Source: the human T2T-CHM13v2.0 reference genome, Homo sapiens
Assembly: GCF_009914755.1 (NCBI RefSeq)
Contig: NC_060925.1
Direction: 5' to 3' (one strand)
Length of the DNA stretch: 64,000 nt
Position 1 is the first letter of the stretch, and every line of letters begins with the position of its first letter. Both the position numbers and the translations under genes were made by a program. This document shows, one piece after another, positions 1-13,940 of the stretch. The notes under the pieces are model-generated. The model worked only from the letters and a program-made list of their open reading frames with translations, had not been told where the DNA came from and did no database searches.

Positions 1-21
1 GCGTGAGCCACCATGCCCGGC
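1..21 (-). mobile_element. 5' tip of an Alu (truncated by window edge)
   Basis: gcgtgagccaccatgcccggc is the reverse complement of the Alu start. Confidence 0.85.
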
Positions 22-332
22 TTTTTTATTTTCTCCTCCTCCTTCTCCTCCTCCTCCTCCTCCCCCTTCTCCCCTCCCCTCCCCTTTCCTTCCTTCTTTC
101 CTTCCTCTTTCTTTCTTCCCTCCCTCTTTCTCTTTCTTTCTTTCCTTCTTTCTTTCTCTCTTTCTTTCCTCCTTTCTCTTTCTTTCTTTTCTTTTCTTTC
201 TCCCTTTCTTTTCTTTCTCTCTTCTTTCTTCTTTTCCTTTCCTTTCCTTCCTTCCTCCCTCCCTTCCTCCTTTCCTCCCTTCCTCCCTCCCTTCCTTCCT
301 TCCTCTCTCTCTCTTTCTTTTTTTCTTTCTTT
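22..332. repeat. Polypyrimidine low-complexity tract (CCT/CTTT/CCTT units)
   Basis: About 310 nt of almost exclusively C/T. Confidence 0.95.
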
Positions 333-344
333 CAATAACACAGT

Positions 345-555
345 GTAGTAGGTTCAACATGCAACTTTCTTGCTTTGTAGCTTTGGAAACTTAGACATAC
401 TACTTTCTTTGTGCCTCTTTTTCTTCATATATAAAATGGAGGTAATAATAACACCCAAATTATTATGAGCATTTAATGAGACAACGCATGTTAATTGCTT
501 AAATTTGTACCTGAGAGATAGGAAACACTAATTGCTAGCCATTGTTATAATTATT
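345..555 (+). mobile_element. MIR fragment
   Basis: Core-like ttcatatataaaatggaggtaataata...attaatgaga...gcatgt. Confidence 0.6.
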
Positions 556-719
556 GGAGATAAGGAACAAAGGTGAAAATATCAAGCAAAAATATAAGCT
601 ACACTAAGAAATTTGTGACTTCTTAGAACACATTGTGATGATTCTCTGAATAAATATATTTACTGGTACATACCCAACACAATATTAGAATATTAGGGCA
701 CATAAGTTCTCTTTTAAAA

Positions 720-846
720 TAGATTTAAAGATATATATATGTGTTTATATATATATATATATATATTTAAAGATATATATAGATTTAAAGATATATATAT
801 ATAAATGCATATATGAAGATATATGTATATACATATATCTTCATAC
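720..846. repeat. (TA)n-rich repeat containing a 34-bp perfect palindrome
   Basis: Repeated tttaaagatatatat units; 812-845 is self-complementary. Confidence 0.85.
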
Positions 847-848
847 AT

Positions 849-990
849 GGGGGTGATAATTGTAGTATTTGTCACAGCAATAGAATGAAGACTTCATTAT
901 AAAAATTATTTAGCAATTTGCCTGGCACTACTAATAAGCACTCAAAGCACTAGTTTGCTACTATTGCTAATTATCATTATCATTATTATA
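849..990 (+). mobile_element. MIR 3' fragment
   Basis: ggggtgataat...ttagcaatttgcctggcac...taagcactcaa resembles the MIR 3' part. Confidence 0.5.
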
Positions 991-1469
991 TATGTGAGAG
1001 ATACATATAAGGGCATAATTATAATTTTATACTATGATAAGAACAGAAGAGTTAACATTTCAAGTCTTTTAAAGAATGAATACAGTTTTTCCAGATGGAG
1101 AAGAGGGAAAGAGCATTCATGGATTCCCCATGTGTTTTACCTAAACTTGACTTGTTTTCAAAAAGTCACTGAGACCACAATTATTTTACTGAGAAACTGC
1201 TTTTGAATTGACCATGTCCACACAAACTAATCAATCAACAGATAATTGAGCACCAATTCTATGAAATATGCAGAGAAAGTGTAGACAGGCTCCCAGCTGG
1301 TTTTCCTGTTCTACATTCTCTCTTCTTTAGCATACTTTTCATGAGCTTGACACAGTAATCTCCCTAAAGTGCAGTTTTCATCATGCTGTAACTGCTAGAG
1401 GACATAGAGTGGTTTTTGAATGCCTGCTGTATTAAGCTCAAACGACTCTATCTAGCTTCAAGGATCCTC

Positions 1470-1625
1470 AACAGTCTTGCAATTCACAGTATGGCATCAG
1501 CACCAACATCACCAGGGAAGTTGTTAGAAATAAATAATCTCACACCTCAATCCGCACCTATTAAATTAGGTTCCTCATTTTAACAAGGTCCCCAGGTATG
1601 CACATTCGAGTTTAAGAAACATTTC
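1470..1625. mobile_element. MER5A (hAT-Charlie) remnant
   Basis: catcaccagggaagttgttagaaat...ttttaacaagg...gagtttaagaaac resembles MER5A. Confidence 0.6.
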
Positions 1626-2909
1626 TTTAAAATATCCTTTAATCTAAACCAAACAAAATCACTAATCCATATACAACCCAGACTTATCAAGAAGAATTAA
1701 ATCTTTTCATTAATTTCTCTGCATCCAAAGCAATCCCTTTGCTCATGCTCTTAACTCCACTGGAAATTTCTTATTTCCTTCACATCTACTTTCTAACTCT
1801 CATCCATTCTTGAAGACCAGTGAAAAGTCTCATATCTTCCATAAAACTAAGACCATTTCAAAGTACACTAACCTTCTTGAATATTTCTTGCACTTAGGAC
1901 AACACCAATTCTATTCTTCTTTTATCATTCATTCATTCATTCATTATTCACTGAATATGCATTTTCTTAATGCTTATGATTATTTACCTGACATTGTTGC
2001 ATTGGCCACAATAAAACAAGAATGCAAGACTTTCCCTACTCTGTCAATTCCCAATGAGGGATATCATGGTTCAGTAGAGATGTCTTAAGTTTCATAGACA
2101 AGAGGTATAAGTGGGTAGATGTGAGGGTGCAGGACCATATTGCATAAAGCCACATAATTTGTGCTTTTTTGTTAAAACTACTTAATGGAAAAATGCTGTT
2201 AAAATATATTAAAACCTTTTGTAGTTTGAAACAGATGAATATTTTAACTGTTACGGACATGACAAAGAGATGTTGTATTTTGTTTCATGTTAATTTTCCC
2301 TCCTATAGGTAATTGTGATTTTTTTATAGGCCAGCAATATGTCTTTCTCCATTCATTCAACAAATAACAGAATTTTAAAATAGCTCCTATTTGTCCTTTT
2401 CTGACTTCTTAAATTTTAGACATGATAGGCACTAAATAAATACTTGTTGATTGAAGACACTCTTTGATCTAAAGTTGGGGACTAGGTTTACACACGTGGA
2501 ACAACCATTTCAGAAATGCAGCCACCCTTTCCTCCTACTGTTATTCATGACATAAGGAAACGTTCATGAAGTCATAGTGACACTTTGGTTTACTAGGAGT
2601 GTCTTTTGGATCAAAAAGTTCCTCCAGGGTGCCATGGAAGTTTCTGTTTCTCTGTAGCTAATGTTTGCTATCACCAGAGACTGTGTTGGAGTACAGCCAA
2701 CCAAATGGAATTGGCTAGTAAAAGCTTTTGTGGGTGAGCATTTGGAAACAAGCTTCATGACCATTTGCTAGCAAAACCTCAGCAGGAGGAATTTTAACCA
2801 ACCTAAGTTAATGTAAAAGTTTGATTTGAAAGGGTCTGGAGGGGCAGGGGAAATAAAATACTTAATGAAGTATGTAACATCCCATATTCTTTAATAGTAA
2901 AAATAAAAG

Positions 2910-3340
2910 TGTTAAAGCAAACTAAATATGGCCTGAGAGGGACCCTGTACTTCTATATTTGAATCCTTGTGGATGAATTGTAACCTAGATTAATAGTCAG
3001 ACAAAATTGAAAACCTAACTTAGGAGTATGAGCCTGTAACAATAACTGAGTCTTGGCCAATCACAGTGGCCAAATTTCAGCCACTCATAGACTGCTAAGT
3101 GTTCAAACTGTGTTCAAATAAGGTAAACACCAATCTGTAACCAATCCAGCTGTTTCTGTACCTCACTGCCAATTTCTGTACATCACTTCCCTTTTTTGTC
3201 TATAAATCTTCTTCCATCACGTGGCTACACTGGAGTCTCTGTGAATCTGCTGTGAATCTAGGGGCTGCCCGAATCACGAATTGTTCATTGCTCAATTAAA
3301 CTACTTTAAAGTTAATTTGGCTGAAGTTTTTATTTTATCA
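2910..3340 (+). mobile_element. ERV1 solo LTR, MER57 family
   Basis: Starts TGTTAAAGCAAACTAAATATGGCCTGAG and ends CA; 4-bp TSD AAAG (2906-2909 / 3341-3344); CCAAT boxes, TATAAA near 3201, ATTAAA at 3295-3300. Confidence 0.85.
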
Positions 3341-5908
3341 AAAGTTAGCTTTTCTTGTTGCAAAACTACTCACCAGCTCTTTAGGTAGAAACAGATGCTT
3401 AGGCAGATAGCCAGTCTTTGAAAGGGCGCAAGCTCCAAGCGGCGGCACTGGAGTACAGTAAGATTAGATACTGTGCAAGACCGTCAGTGAGCCCCTTGGT
3501 TCCTTCAGTGTGATTCAGGAGTGGAGTCACACAAGGAAACTTCAAAACCAAACTAAGTAAAAACACGATTTCCAAGGAACATAAACTAGAACTTTACAAG
3601 ATCTAATGTTACATGAAAAATGCACATTACTTTGATTCAAGAATCAGCAATTACTTTATATTTATAACCTTCAAATTGGTTACAACGTTCCTTTATCTTA
3701 TTCAGCATTCTTGCTGAAGATGAGCTTTCCCACATGAAGTGCAATTTTGTCTTCAACTTTTAATTCCTCTGGATACAGAAGAAAAGCTCTGGGCCCTTAA
3801 TTGAGCAATTATTATTTCTTAAGTGAACATAGAGTTTGAGGATGGTGCCAAAATCTTCCTTTCATCCAGAGAACAAGTCTAACATAAGCAGCAGCATAAG
3901 TGTTGTCTGGCGGCACCCCAGTTTTAGGTACAAGAGCCAAGTCAAGACTGAAAGGGGAACTCATTCCTCACCTCTACTCACTCCCTGGCATCTCCTGAGG
4001 TTCTTGAATGAATGCCAATTAGGGCCGATTTATATGTCTCCTTGGAGGTTTTAGATAACTTCACTAAGACCTGTTTGTTTTTCTCATTTAGTCTGTTTCT
4101 CCAGAGTAGGATTTGCCAACTTGCTGCTGAATATGCTGTTTGCAGTTCATTGCTAGGTTTCCATACTAACATAAAGCATTGGTATTTGAAAAATTCATTA
4201 AGAAGTAGCTCACCTTAATTCCTAGATCTAAATCTGTGGCGTGGTTCTATCACCTTTTCTACAATGTTGTCTCAGAATTTAAGAACGGAAAATAAAGAGT
4301 TCATATGCTAACATTTCATGGAATATGCCTACACAAAGGAATTGCTGCTTCATGGCTTATGCCATTGTTTAAGCTATTCTAATTGTTTTCAAGTTTTAAA
4401 TACAGAGCTGGAATCCAATTCTCAGGAACTCCTACCATTTGTCTTAGTTTTCTAAGACATTTACTGTCTCCATTACATAAAGAGACCTTCAAATATTTGA
4501 AGATAGGTTCCATGCTTCCTTTATATGTATATATATTTTTAATTAAACTTCTCTTATTCCTTCCGCTACTCCTAAGGTTACAGGGCTTCCAAACTGTATC
4601 ATTAATGAGAAGTTAGCTTTTCAATAACCACATTTTGAATACAGTCTGCTAATACTGACCTCAATTATAGTTAAAAATATATAAGACCTGCACTTTAAAT
4701 ATAATCTTTTCCAGGTTTGATTAGATTTTGATTGCTGTAATTAGCCATCTGTAATACATAAGACATAATCTAGAATTTGCTCTTTACACATCAGAGTGAT
4801 AAATCCAGCTATAGAAAGCATCTTTTTGGTTGCCTCTTAATGAAAATATTACTAGACACTACTAAGTGGTGATTGAAAAAACATGCTGAAATATTACTGT
4901 CAGCTACTGGAGTAAAACTTCTCACCAGAGAACTATCACAACTTCAGGATAAAAATGATTGCTATCTAAATACAAATTTTAGCAGCCATTAAAACTGTTA
5001 GAAAGAGCTTAGATCACTTTGCTTCTTAGAGTTTAAAAAATTTTTACTATACAGTATCAAATTAAAATTTAGTTACTACTTGCAAAATTCAAAACATTTA
5101 TGAAAGTATAATTAACTAACATTTTAAATCAGAATTCAGGACAGTTTGAATGTTCCTTATATGTCCACAAAAGTTTTTTCTAGTCTTTTACCAAATACTA
5201 AAGTGATGATTTGTCCAACAATGTAGATGTTTAATATTCACCAAAGTGTCATCAACAACTTAATGCATCATGCTTTTCCTTCTCATTAAAACTGCTGTAT
5301 TACTGAAGCTTGACCAAATTTCCTTCATGCTTGGACATCTGTTTAAGTATAATATTCTACACTTTTCCTCCTCTATCAGATTTTGCTTTATCTTTATTTT
5401 CCTTCCTTCTCTGACCTGTATTCAAGAAATAGAAAATGGCTCTTTGATGTGCCAGTTCCAAGTATGTTCAGATAAAAGGTAAATAATTCAATAGACTTGT
5501 TGATGAGAATTGACATTTGAACACTGGAGGTTGTTTCCTTTACTCATGCACTCTCTTAGTGAGGATAGGGGACCCAAGGTAGGGACTGGCTGGAGTGAGT
5601 TTCAAATTGGTGAAAAACTTCTAAAAAAAGAAATGGTAGAGAAAAGAGCAAAAAAAATTCTTTTTTAAATCAATGAAGTAGGAAAGTCCAAACATATATT
5701 CTTATCAAGTCTCATACTTGGCCAATAGTTATAAGCCTCTCTGAAAACATTTATATGTGTGGGTGGAGGCAAGTTGCCCATTAAATTGTTAGAGGTGTTA
5801 TCAGATTCATCAGGACTTGGTTGTAAATTTGACTACACAGTTTGGCTCATAGAGAAATGAAAAGGAAATATCTGATTAAAGTGTGCATAGCTGCTGAGGC
5901 AACTGAAT

Positions 5909-5922
5909 GTTGCCATAGCAAT
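5909..5922. promoter_or_regulatory. RFX X-box motif
   Basis: GTTGCCATAGCAAT, 13/14 match to GTTGCCATRGCAAC; extra GGCAAC half-site at 5898-5903. Confidence 0.45.
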
Positions 5923-7413
5923 TGAGATGAAATGTGCAAGAAGTGAGATAATTAAATCTAACCCCTTTAGTAGTTTTGATAGTCAACGCACTGCCAATAG
6001 AAAAAGTTATCTACAGTATTAAGATAAAACACATTCCTCATGGAATGTCTCCTTACTGTATTTTGTTTCTTTTCTAAATACATTGCTTTTGGTGTCTAAT
6101 TTGAATGTTCTCTTTTAATAATCAAATATAGTTTTGACCTTGGTCTGCCTAAACTTTCTGCTGGTTTATTATATCATGGGGATAGACATCTATAAAAAAT
6201 ATCAATGTTTTCCCCTTTAGTTCTTAAAAAAAGTATACTAAAGCCAAAGCTGCCACATTTGAGCTTAGAATTCAATAATATCTAGAACGTGCTGCCCTCT
6301 TCAGGAGCTGGTGCTTAAAAATACTTTTTTTTTTTTTAGCAGATTGATGAGTTATAATATCAAAATTGTATTGATAATCTTTAGAAATAAATTCCATGTA
6401 AAATAAAGTATTTCTGTGTTTAAATTTTTTTTACATTAAGAGCTTGCATTAAAAATCAATACATATAACATTTTGAAAGGAATTATTATTATTTACAATT
6501 AAATACAAACTAATAATTTCCTTAAACTATTGTCATAGGGAGAATTCCTGAATCATTACAAAATTTGACTTCCATATTTAGTATTCAAATTTTTAAGAGA
6601 AAAATTGTCTAAAAAAGAAGGTATTTTCTATGTGAAAATCTAAGTAGGACATCCTTCAAATCCCAGTTTTATTCTTCAACAACAAAAACAACAAAAACCA
6701 ACTTTTTAATTTGGGAACATTAGGATTTATAGTTTGAAATTTTAGCTAGTTTTCATTTACAGAAACAATATCTTTCTTGGGAATAATGATTCCAAAGATA
6801 TCTTAACACATCATAATGTTTATTCAAAATTACTTCACTAGAAAAAATTTCTAAAGGTCTGAAATATCACTATTGAGAAAATTCAAGCAAATCTCCTTCA
6901 TATATATCTATTAAAATTTCCTTAGCCATTATATAGTTTTAACAGAGAGATATGATCTCAGTGTATTTTTCTCCAAATTAGGTTTATTATACTTTAAAAA
7001 ACTGATCAATATTAATAGCATTAATTATCAGGATGTGAGAAAACCATATTTTCCCTTAAAGAGTTTTAGGTAAACCTGTCTCATCTCTCTCAATAAAAAC
7101 TTCAAATGAGCTAAAGGGCTGAGTGAAAAAAAAATTTATTGACAATGTTCTCCTAATTCTACAATATTTCTTTTGTGGAAAACAAAATAGTTTATTCCTG
7201 TATTTGAAAGTACTTATCAAAACAAGTGCTTAATCTTATGGTAGCTCTGTTCATAGTCATATAATATATGTTCAAGAATTCTTAGAACACTGATTTGTGT
7301 TTTCTGCTATAGATTTACTTTATTTTTGTTTTGCTGCTGGTGTATTACATTTGGCAGTTAGGATCCCTGTGGATGGAGGTATAATAAATAATAATATTTT
7401 CTTTACTTTCCAG

Positions 7414-7455
7414 GGTATTTATGGCACAATGAAAAATTTCATCTTTCCCAGAATG
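7414..7455 (+). other. ADGRL2: 42-nt internal non-coding (5'UTR) exon
   Basis: Acceptor ttttctttactttccag (ends 7413) and donor ATG|gtaagt (7456-7461), both near consensus; lies in unique, repeat-poor sequence. Confidence 0.75.
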
Positions 7456-8373
7456 GTAAGTAAGGAGTTCTTTCTGTATTTGATAGTACTGAACACGAAC
7501 AAGAAAAGGTGAATTATTATAATAAAATTGGAGTATCATCTACTAAATGTATTGAGTCATCTGATAATTATAATGTAGTTTATACTTTTGCAAATAAATG
7601 GATGCTGTATTCAAATTCTATAATTATTCCAAAATGTTCACCAAATATACTACAGGATTTTTACAGGAAATACAAGGTTTTGCTTTCTCTGTTGGATTGC
7701 AGTTGAACATAGTATATCCAACATTTTGTTTTCTGGGGTAATTTATTTTAAAATACACAGATATAGAAATAAAAGTGGTTTATATTCCACGAGCAGAAAA
7801 AGAAAGCATTATCTGTGATACAAATTGAGAGTTGGTAAGAGTCCTTTGGAATTGTTACTGTTACATAAAAACTGATTGTAATTTATGTTTGACCGGGGCT
7901 TTGCAGCATCTGTGAATTTTAAAATATTTATTTTCTAAAAGTATATATCATAACTTCTAGGCAAGCTAGCCACTATATGATTTTGGTTAAACATATAGTT
8001 TCATTGTCTTTATATTTTTATGACTTAAACAGGAAATATTTAGTTTTAGTCTTTATCATAACCTCTTTACAATTCAAATACTAAAAATTAATCTTATTAT
8101 ATGGGAAAGGTCAGTGTAAAATGATATTTCCTAGGAAGTTATTACTGTCTCCTATGATGCTCTTTTATTTTTCCAGTGGTTTAAGAGTATTCCCTATAAA
8201 AAGAAGGAATTTCTCATTGTAGAAAAAAAAGTCACTTTGACATCAAAGTGTTAGGTTAAGTGAAAAAGCAGGGTACAGAACTACATACATTACATGTTGT
8301 GTGCATGTGCGCTTATATAGACAGAGGAGAGAGACTTGGCAGTATATCTTGGGCTTAGAAAAAAGACACAAAA

Positions 8374-8670
8374 GGCCAGGCGCGGTGGCTCATGCCTGTA
8401 ATCCCAGCACTTTGAGAGGCCGAGGCAGGCAGATCACGAGGTCAGGAGATCAAGACCATCCTGGCTAACACGGTGAAACCCCGTCTCTACTAAAAATACA
8501 AAAAATTAGCTAGGTGTGGTGGTGAGCCCCTGTAGTCCCAGCTGCTCAGGAGGCTGAGGCAGGAGAATGGCGTGAACCCAGGAGGTGGAGCTTGCAGTGG
8601 GCCGAGTGCCACTGCACTCCAGTCTGGGTGACAGAGCCAGACTCCGTCTAAAAAAAAAAAAAAAAAAAAA
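8374..8670 (+). mobile_element. AluY
   Basis: Y diagnostics (gaccatcctggctaacacggtg, aatggcgtgaacc, gagcttgcag), poly(A) tail, TSD gaaaaaagacacaaaa. Confidence 0.92.
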
Positions 8671-8905
8671 GGAAAAAAGACACAAAAGGTACACAAAAGA
8701 ATGGGAATATAAGTAGTTTGTCTTAATTCTTCATTTTTTGCATTTCCTATAATAAATAGATATTGTTTTTATAACCAGAACAAAAACATTATTTGAATAA
8801 TAAGCTATTCAAAAGAGCATATTTATTATTAGATAAATACGTACATATAAAATTGGGAAATACTTCTTTGTGCCAACTGGATAACCAATTAAAAAATAAA
8901 TCTTC

Positions 8906-9810
<905 letters not shown>

Positions 9811-12150
9811 GTAGATAACTAGGCAAATATAAAGAAATTTTATCAAAAAATTGCTTTTAACCTAAAATAATGTTAATAAATCGTTTATTATTAATAATAA
9901 ATGGCACTATTAGAATATTTTTGATATTAAAAATTCTGCTCAAGAGCAATTTATTATAGGGCAGAACTTAGCATAAATGTATAAATTTTAGTTATATCTT
10001 ACTGTCTTGACACTTTAGCTCTCTAGAACTAAGCCAAAAATTTTAGAAGAAATTTAGGAAAAAAGTCTCTAGCATGCATCTAATACTGTTCACATAAATG
10101 CTTCCCAAGTTTTTCTTTCCATCATATTAGTTCTCAGTTTACATAAAATTATAACAGAATTGTTTCTCTAATTATGTAGCTATAAACTAGAAGGATTACT
10201 ATAAAACCTAGGAGAGACTAGGAGGAATGCATTGAGGAGTTAAAGAGTATTTTCAGCTATTCACCAACAGTAAGAATTGAGGGACCAAGATTAGCTGTAT
10301 GATTTTCAGTAAGATACATCATATACATAGGTTTAAAATTCCTGAGTGGTTAAAGTAGAGGGTTATACTATAAGATTTTTAAAATAAAATTTTAAATTTC
10401 TTTCTAGACCAAGAATTTTACAATAAAATTACATATCCTTAAATTGAATATACATAGCATAAAATAACATTGAGAGACTTGGAGTCATTAGAATGAAAAA
10501 GACTGTAATGATTAAAGGGGTAAATTTCATTCATTTGTAAAATTCACATAAGTGAAAGTCTCATCCATATTTCGTTGAAAGTCTTTTCCAAATTGTATTG
10601 TGTAAATAAGGGATTATATATTGTGTATTTTGATAATATTCCTTCTATATTACTATTTTTAAATGTACCAAAAAATTTAACCTTAATTTTTTCACTTTAC
10701 TCTGAATGAGATAACATTGTAAATGACCTATAAGATAAAATCTAGTATCAATCTTTCCTAAAGAGCGGGGAGCCAAATTCACACAGATTTGTATATGGAA
10801 ATTTATATTTCTAATAGGTTTAGACTGCCAAATTACTAATTTGTTATACTGGGAAATCAAATATTTAAATATATAATTTCCTTTTTTGCATGTACTCGGT
10901 AAACTCTTTAGTCCAACATATCATGACATTTTAGAAGAAAAATGAACAAAATTAACCTCTTGTCTATAACCAAAATCAGGGGCAATGTAACAAATTATTG
11001 AATAAATAAAATACTGCTCATTCAAACTATTTCTTTCTGATTTGTAAGTGTGCTAATTTAACCAAACAGACAAAGTTCTGAATACTATGTAAACTAAATT
11101 GAAATGCAAATATATATTTTATTGATATGTATTATTAAAGCTGAACTTCAAAACAGAATAAATCTTCAGCATTCCAATTTTTTCTAAGATATTGATGAGA
11201 AAATAAAATAAATATTTTAATGTAGTTAATCTGCCCTTCAACAAAATATATCCTCTCATTTCCAATTCTGGTTGTACTTAATGAATAAAGGTTGAATGCA
11301 TATTTATGTTAATAGTCATGATATATACACGTCAATGAACAACAGTAAAACATACTTTATTTCTGAAAATGTTAATAATGATTTATTACCTTATTTCATT
11401 AAGGACAAAAGCTCCACATTATAGTCAGCTATAGCCAATAGTCATTTTGTCATTAATCTTAAAATTTCACAAGTTTCCAATTTATCAAGTGTCAATTTTT
11501 AGGTCAGACAATAATAATATAAAAGAATTGTTAATTGGCCAACAGGTTGATTACTTTTAAGATGTGAAAAAAGCAAAGATAAAAACAGTCCTCTCCTTTT
11601 CCTTCAATTAAAATTGCATGCAATTATTCTTGTAGATTATAGTTCTCTTTTGGGATTTCCGGTTTCATACAACTTTTTGGTTCATTTCACAGGAATAATA
11701 TTCATTTTAATCAGCAAAAAAACAATTGATGAGCTTTTTTACAAGAGGGAGTTCACTCTGAGTGCTGATTACTGCCACTACATTATCCTGTTTTTATTTA
11801 TTTATTTAATTTTTAATGGTCTTGCTTTTAAAGCAGTTAGTTGAATATGTTATCTGTTAGTAGCCATTGCCTTTGAAGACAGAATATCTTTCTTGATGAG
11901 TGGTTAGCCCATTTTGTTTTATTCTCCCAACTTTCCTAAACAATATCGTAAGTTGGCTTCTGAAATGATTTATTGCCATTTTATATCTTCAAATATACAA
12001 ATCAAAATATTTTAAAAGTAAATAGATATTTTTGATGTGTTATTGAATTGTATTACATAGTTTAGAAGGTTAAACTACTTCCTTTACAATTCTAAAAAAT
12101 ATTTAGTAGCTAAAAAAATAAAATTTCTAATACATATGTAAGAAATACAG

Positions 12151-12467
12151 GGCTGGGCATGGTTGCTCATGCCTGTAATCCCAGCACTTTGGGAGGCCGA
12201 AGCGGGCAGATCACCTGAGGTCGGAAGTTCAAGACCAGCCTGACCAACATAAAGAAACCCTGTTTCTACTAAAAATACAAAATTAGCCGGGCATGGTGGC
12301 ACATGCCTGTAATCCCAGCTACTCAGGAGGCTGAGGCACGAGAATCACTTGAACCCAGGAGGCGGAGATTGTGGTGAGCGGAGATTGCACCATTGCACTC
12401 CAGCCTGGGCAACAAGAGCAAAACTCCGTCTCAAAAAAAAAAAAAAGGAAAAAAAAAAAAAAAGAAA
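12151..12467 (+). mobile_element. AluSp-like
   Basis: gaggtcgg, cctgaccaac, ccattgcac, caacaagagcaaaactcc; TSD aagaaat(a/g)cag. Confidence 0.9.
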
Positions 12468-12962
12468 AAGAAATGCAGATCGTGAATACCCATGTACCAC
12501 CAACCAGTTTAAGAAAAACACATTATAATGCCCTTTCAAGCTTTCAGTGTACCCTTCTACGGTTCTTTAACCCTTCTTTAATCTGAGCTAAACATTATCC
12601 TGAATTTTCTCTATCCCTTGCTTTTCTTTATAATTTTACCTCATATATTTCATCCTGAAATATATAATTGTTGTTTATGTTTTGCAACAATATGTAAATA
12701 GAAAGTTGTATTTATCTATGACTCTTCTACTCAACATTAAGATCTTGAGTTTCAACACTTTGAAGCACATGGCTATAATTCATTAGTTTACACTTGTATA
12801 GTATTCTATTGTAAGATTTATTAGTCTTCCTTTAACATTAATGCATATTTGGGTTGCCTTCAGTTTTTTGTTTTTTTGTTTTTATTATTATTATTACACA
12901 CAGTGCTTCTATGACCAGTCTTGCAAATTTATAAGTAGATATGTGCAAAAATTTATACAGGG

Positions 12963-13160
12963 CAGTGGTTCTTAACCTGGGATGATTTTGCTCCCTAGAG
13001 AATACTTGGCAATATCTGCAAACATTTTTACTTGTCGTAACTAGAAAGTGCTACTAAATGTCCCCAGTTAATGATAAACATCCTATAAGGCACAGGATAG
13101 CCCCACAAACAAAGAATTATCTGGCCTAAAATGTTAATAGGATGAGGTTAAAAGATCAGT
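12963..13160 (+). mobile_element. MER20 (hAT-Charlie)
   Basis: cagtggttcttaacctggg...taaacatccta...gcacagga...aacaaagaattatctggcc. Confidence 0.8.
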
Positions 13161-13190
13161 CTCTAGATGCCTACTTAAAAATGAAATTGC

Positions 13191-13482
13191 GGCTGGACAT
13201 GGTGGCTCACACTTGTAATCTTAGCACTTTGGGAGGTCGAGGCAGGAGGATCACTTAAATCCAGGAGTTCGAGATCAGCCTGGGCAACATGGTGAAACCC
13301 CATCTCTATGAAAAATACAAAAATATGCCAGGCATGGTGGCAAGTGCCTGTAGTCCCAGCTACCCGGGAGGCTGAGGTGAGAGGGACAATGGAGGCTGCA
13401 GTGAGCTGTGATCATACCACTTAACTTTAGCCTGGAGGAAGTGAGATCCTGTCTCAAAAAAAAAAAAAAGAAAAAAAAAAAA
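13191..13482 (+). mobile_element. AluJ with internal deletion
   Basis: J-type ggaggctgcagtgagctgtgatc; TSD gaaattgc. Confidence 0.88.
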
Positions 13483-13643
13483 GAAATTGCTGGGTCATGG
13501 AGTATGAAAAATTTCAAATTTATTAGATAATTCACAACTATTGTACACAGTAACAATGTTACACTCCTACTAGGAGTATAAAGATAAATATTATGATTTC
13601 TCTATATCCTAGCTAGCACTTAATATTGTAAGATACTTAAATG

Positions 13644-13940
13644 TATTTATTTTTATTATTTTTAGAGACAAGACCTCACTTTGTTGCCCAGGCTGGAGTG
13701 CAGTGGTGCCATCTTGGCTCACTACAAACTTGAACTCCTGGGCTCAAGTGATCCTCCTACCTCAGCTTCCTGAGTAACTACGACTACAGACTCGTACCAC
13801 CACAACCAGTTAATTCTTAAAATTTTTTGTGTAGACAGGGGTCTCACTATGTTGCCAGGGCTGGTCTTGAACTCCTGGCCTCAAGCGGTACTCCCAGCTA
13901 TCATCTGCTGAGGTTATAGGTGTGAGCTACTGCACCTAGC
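13644..13940 (-). mobile_element. AluJ
   Basis: Antisense Alu with gggctcaagtgatcctcc. Confidence 0.88.

Noticed and set aside
3-348. Two 111-aa ORFs rich in L/S/F/P
   Set aside because: Translation of the polypyrimidine tract, which cannot contain stop codons.
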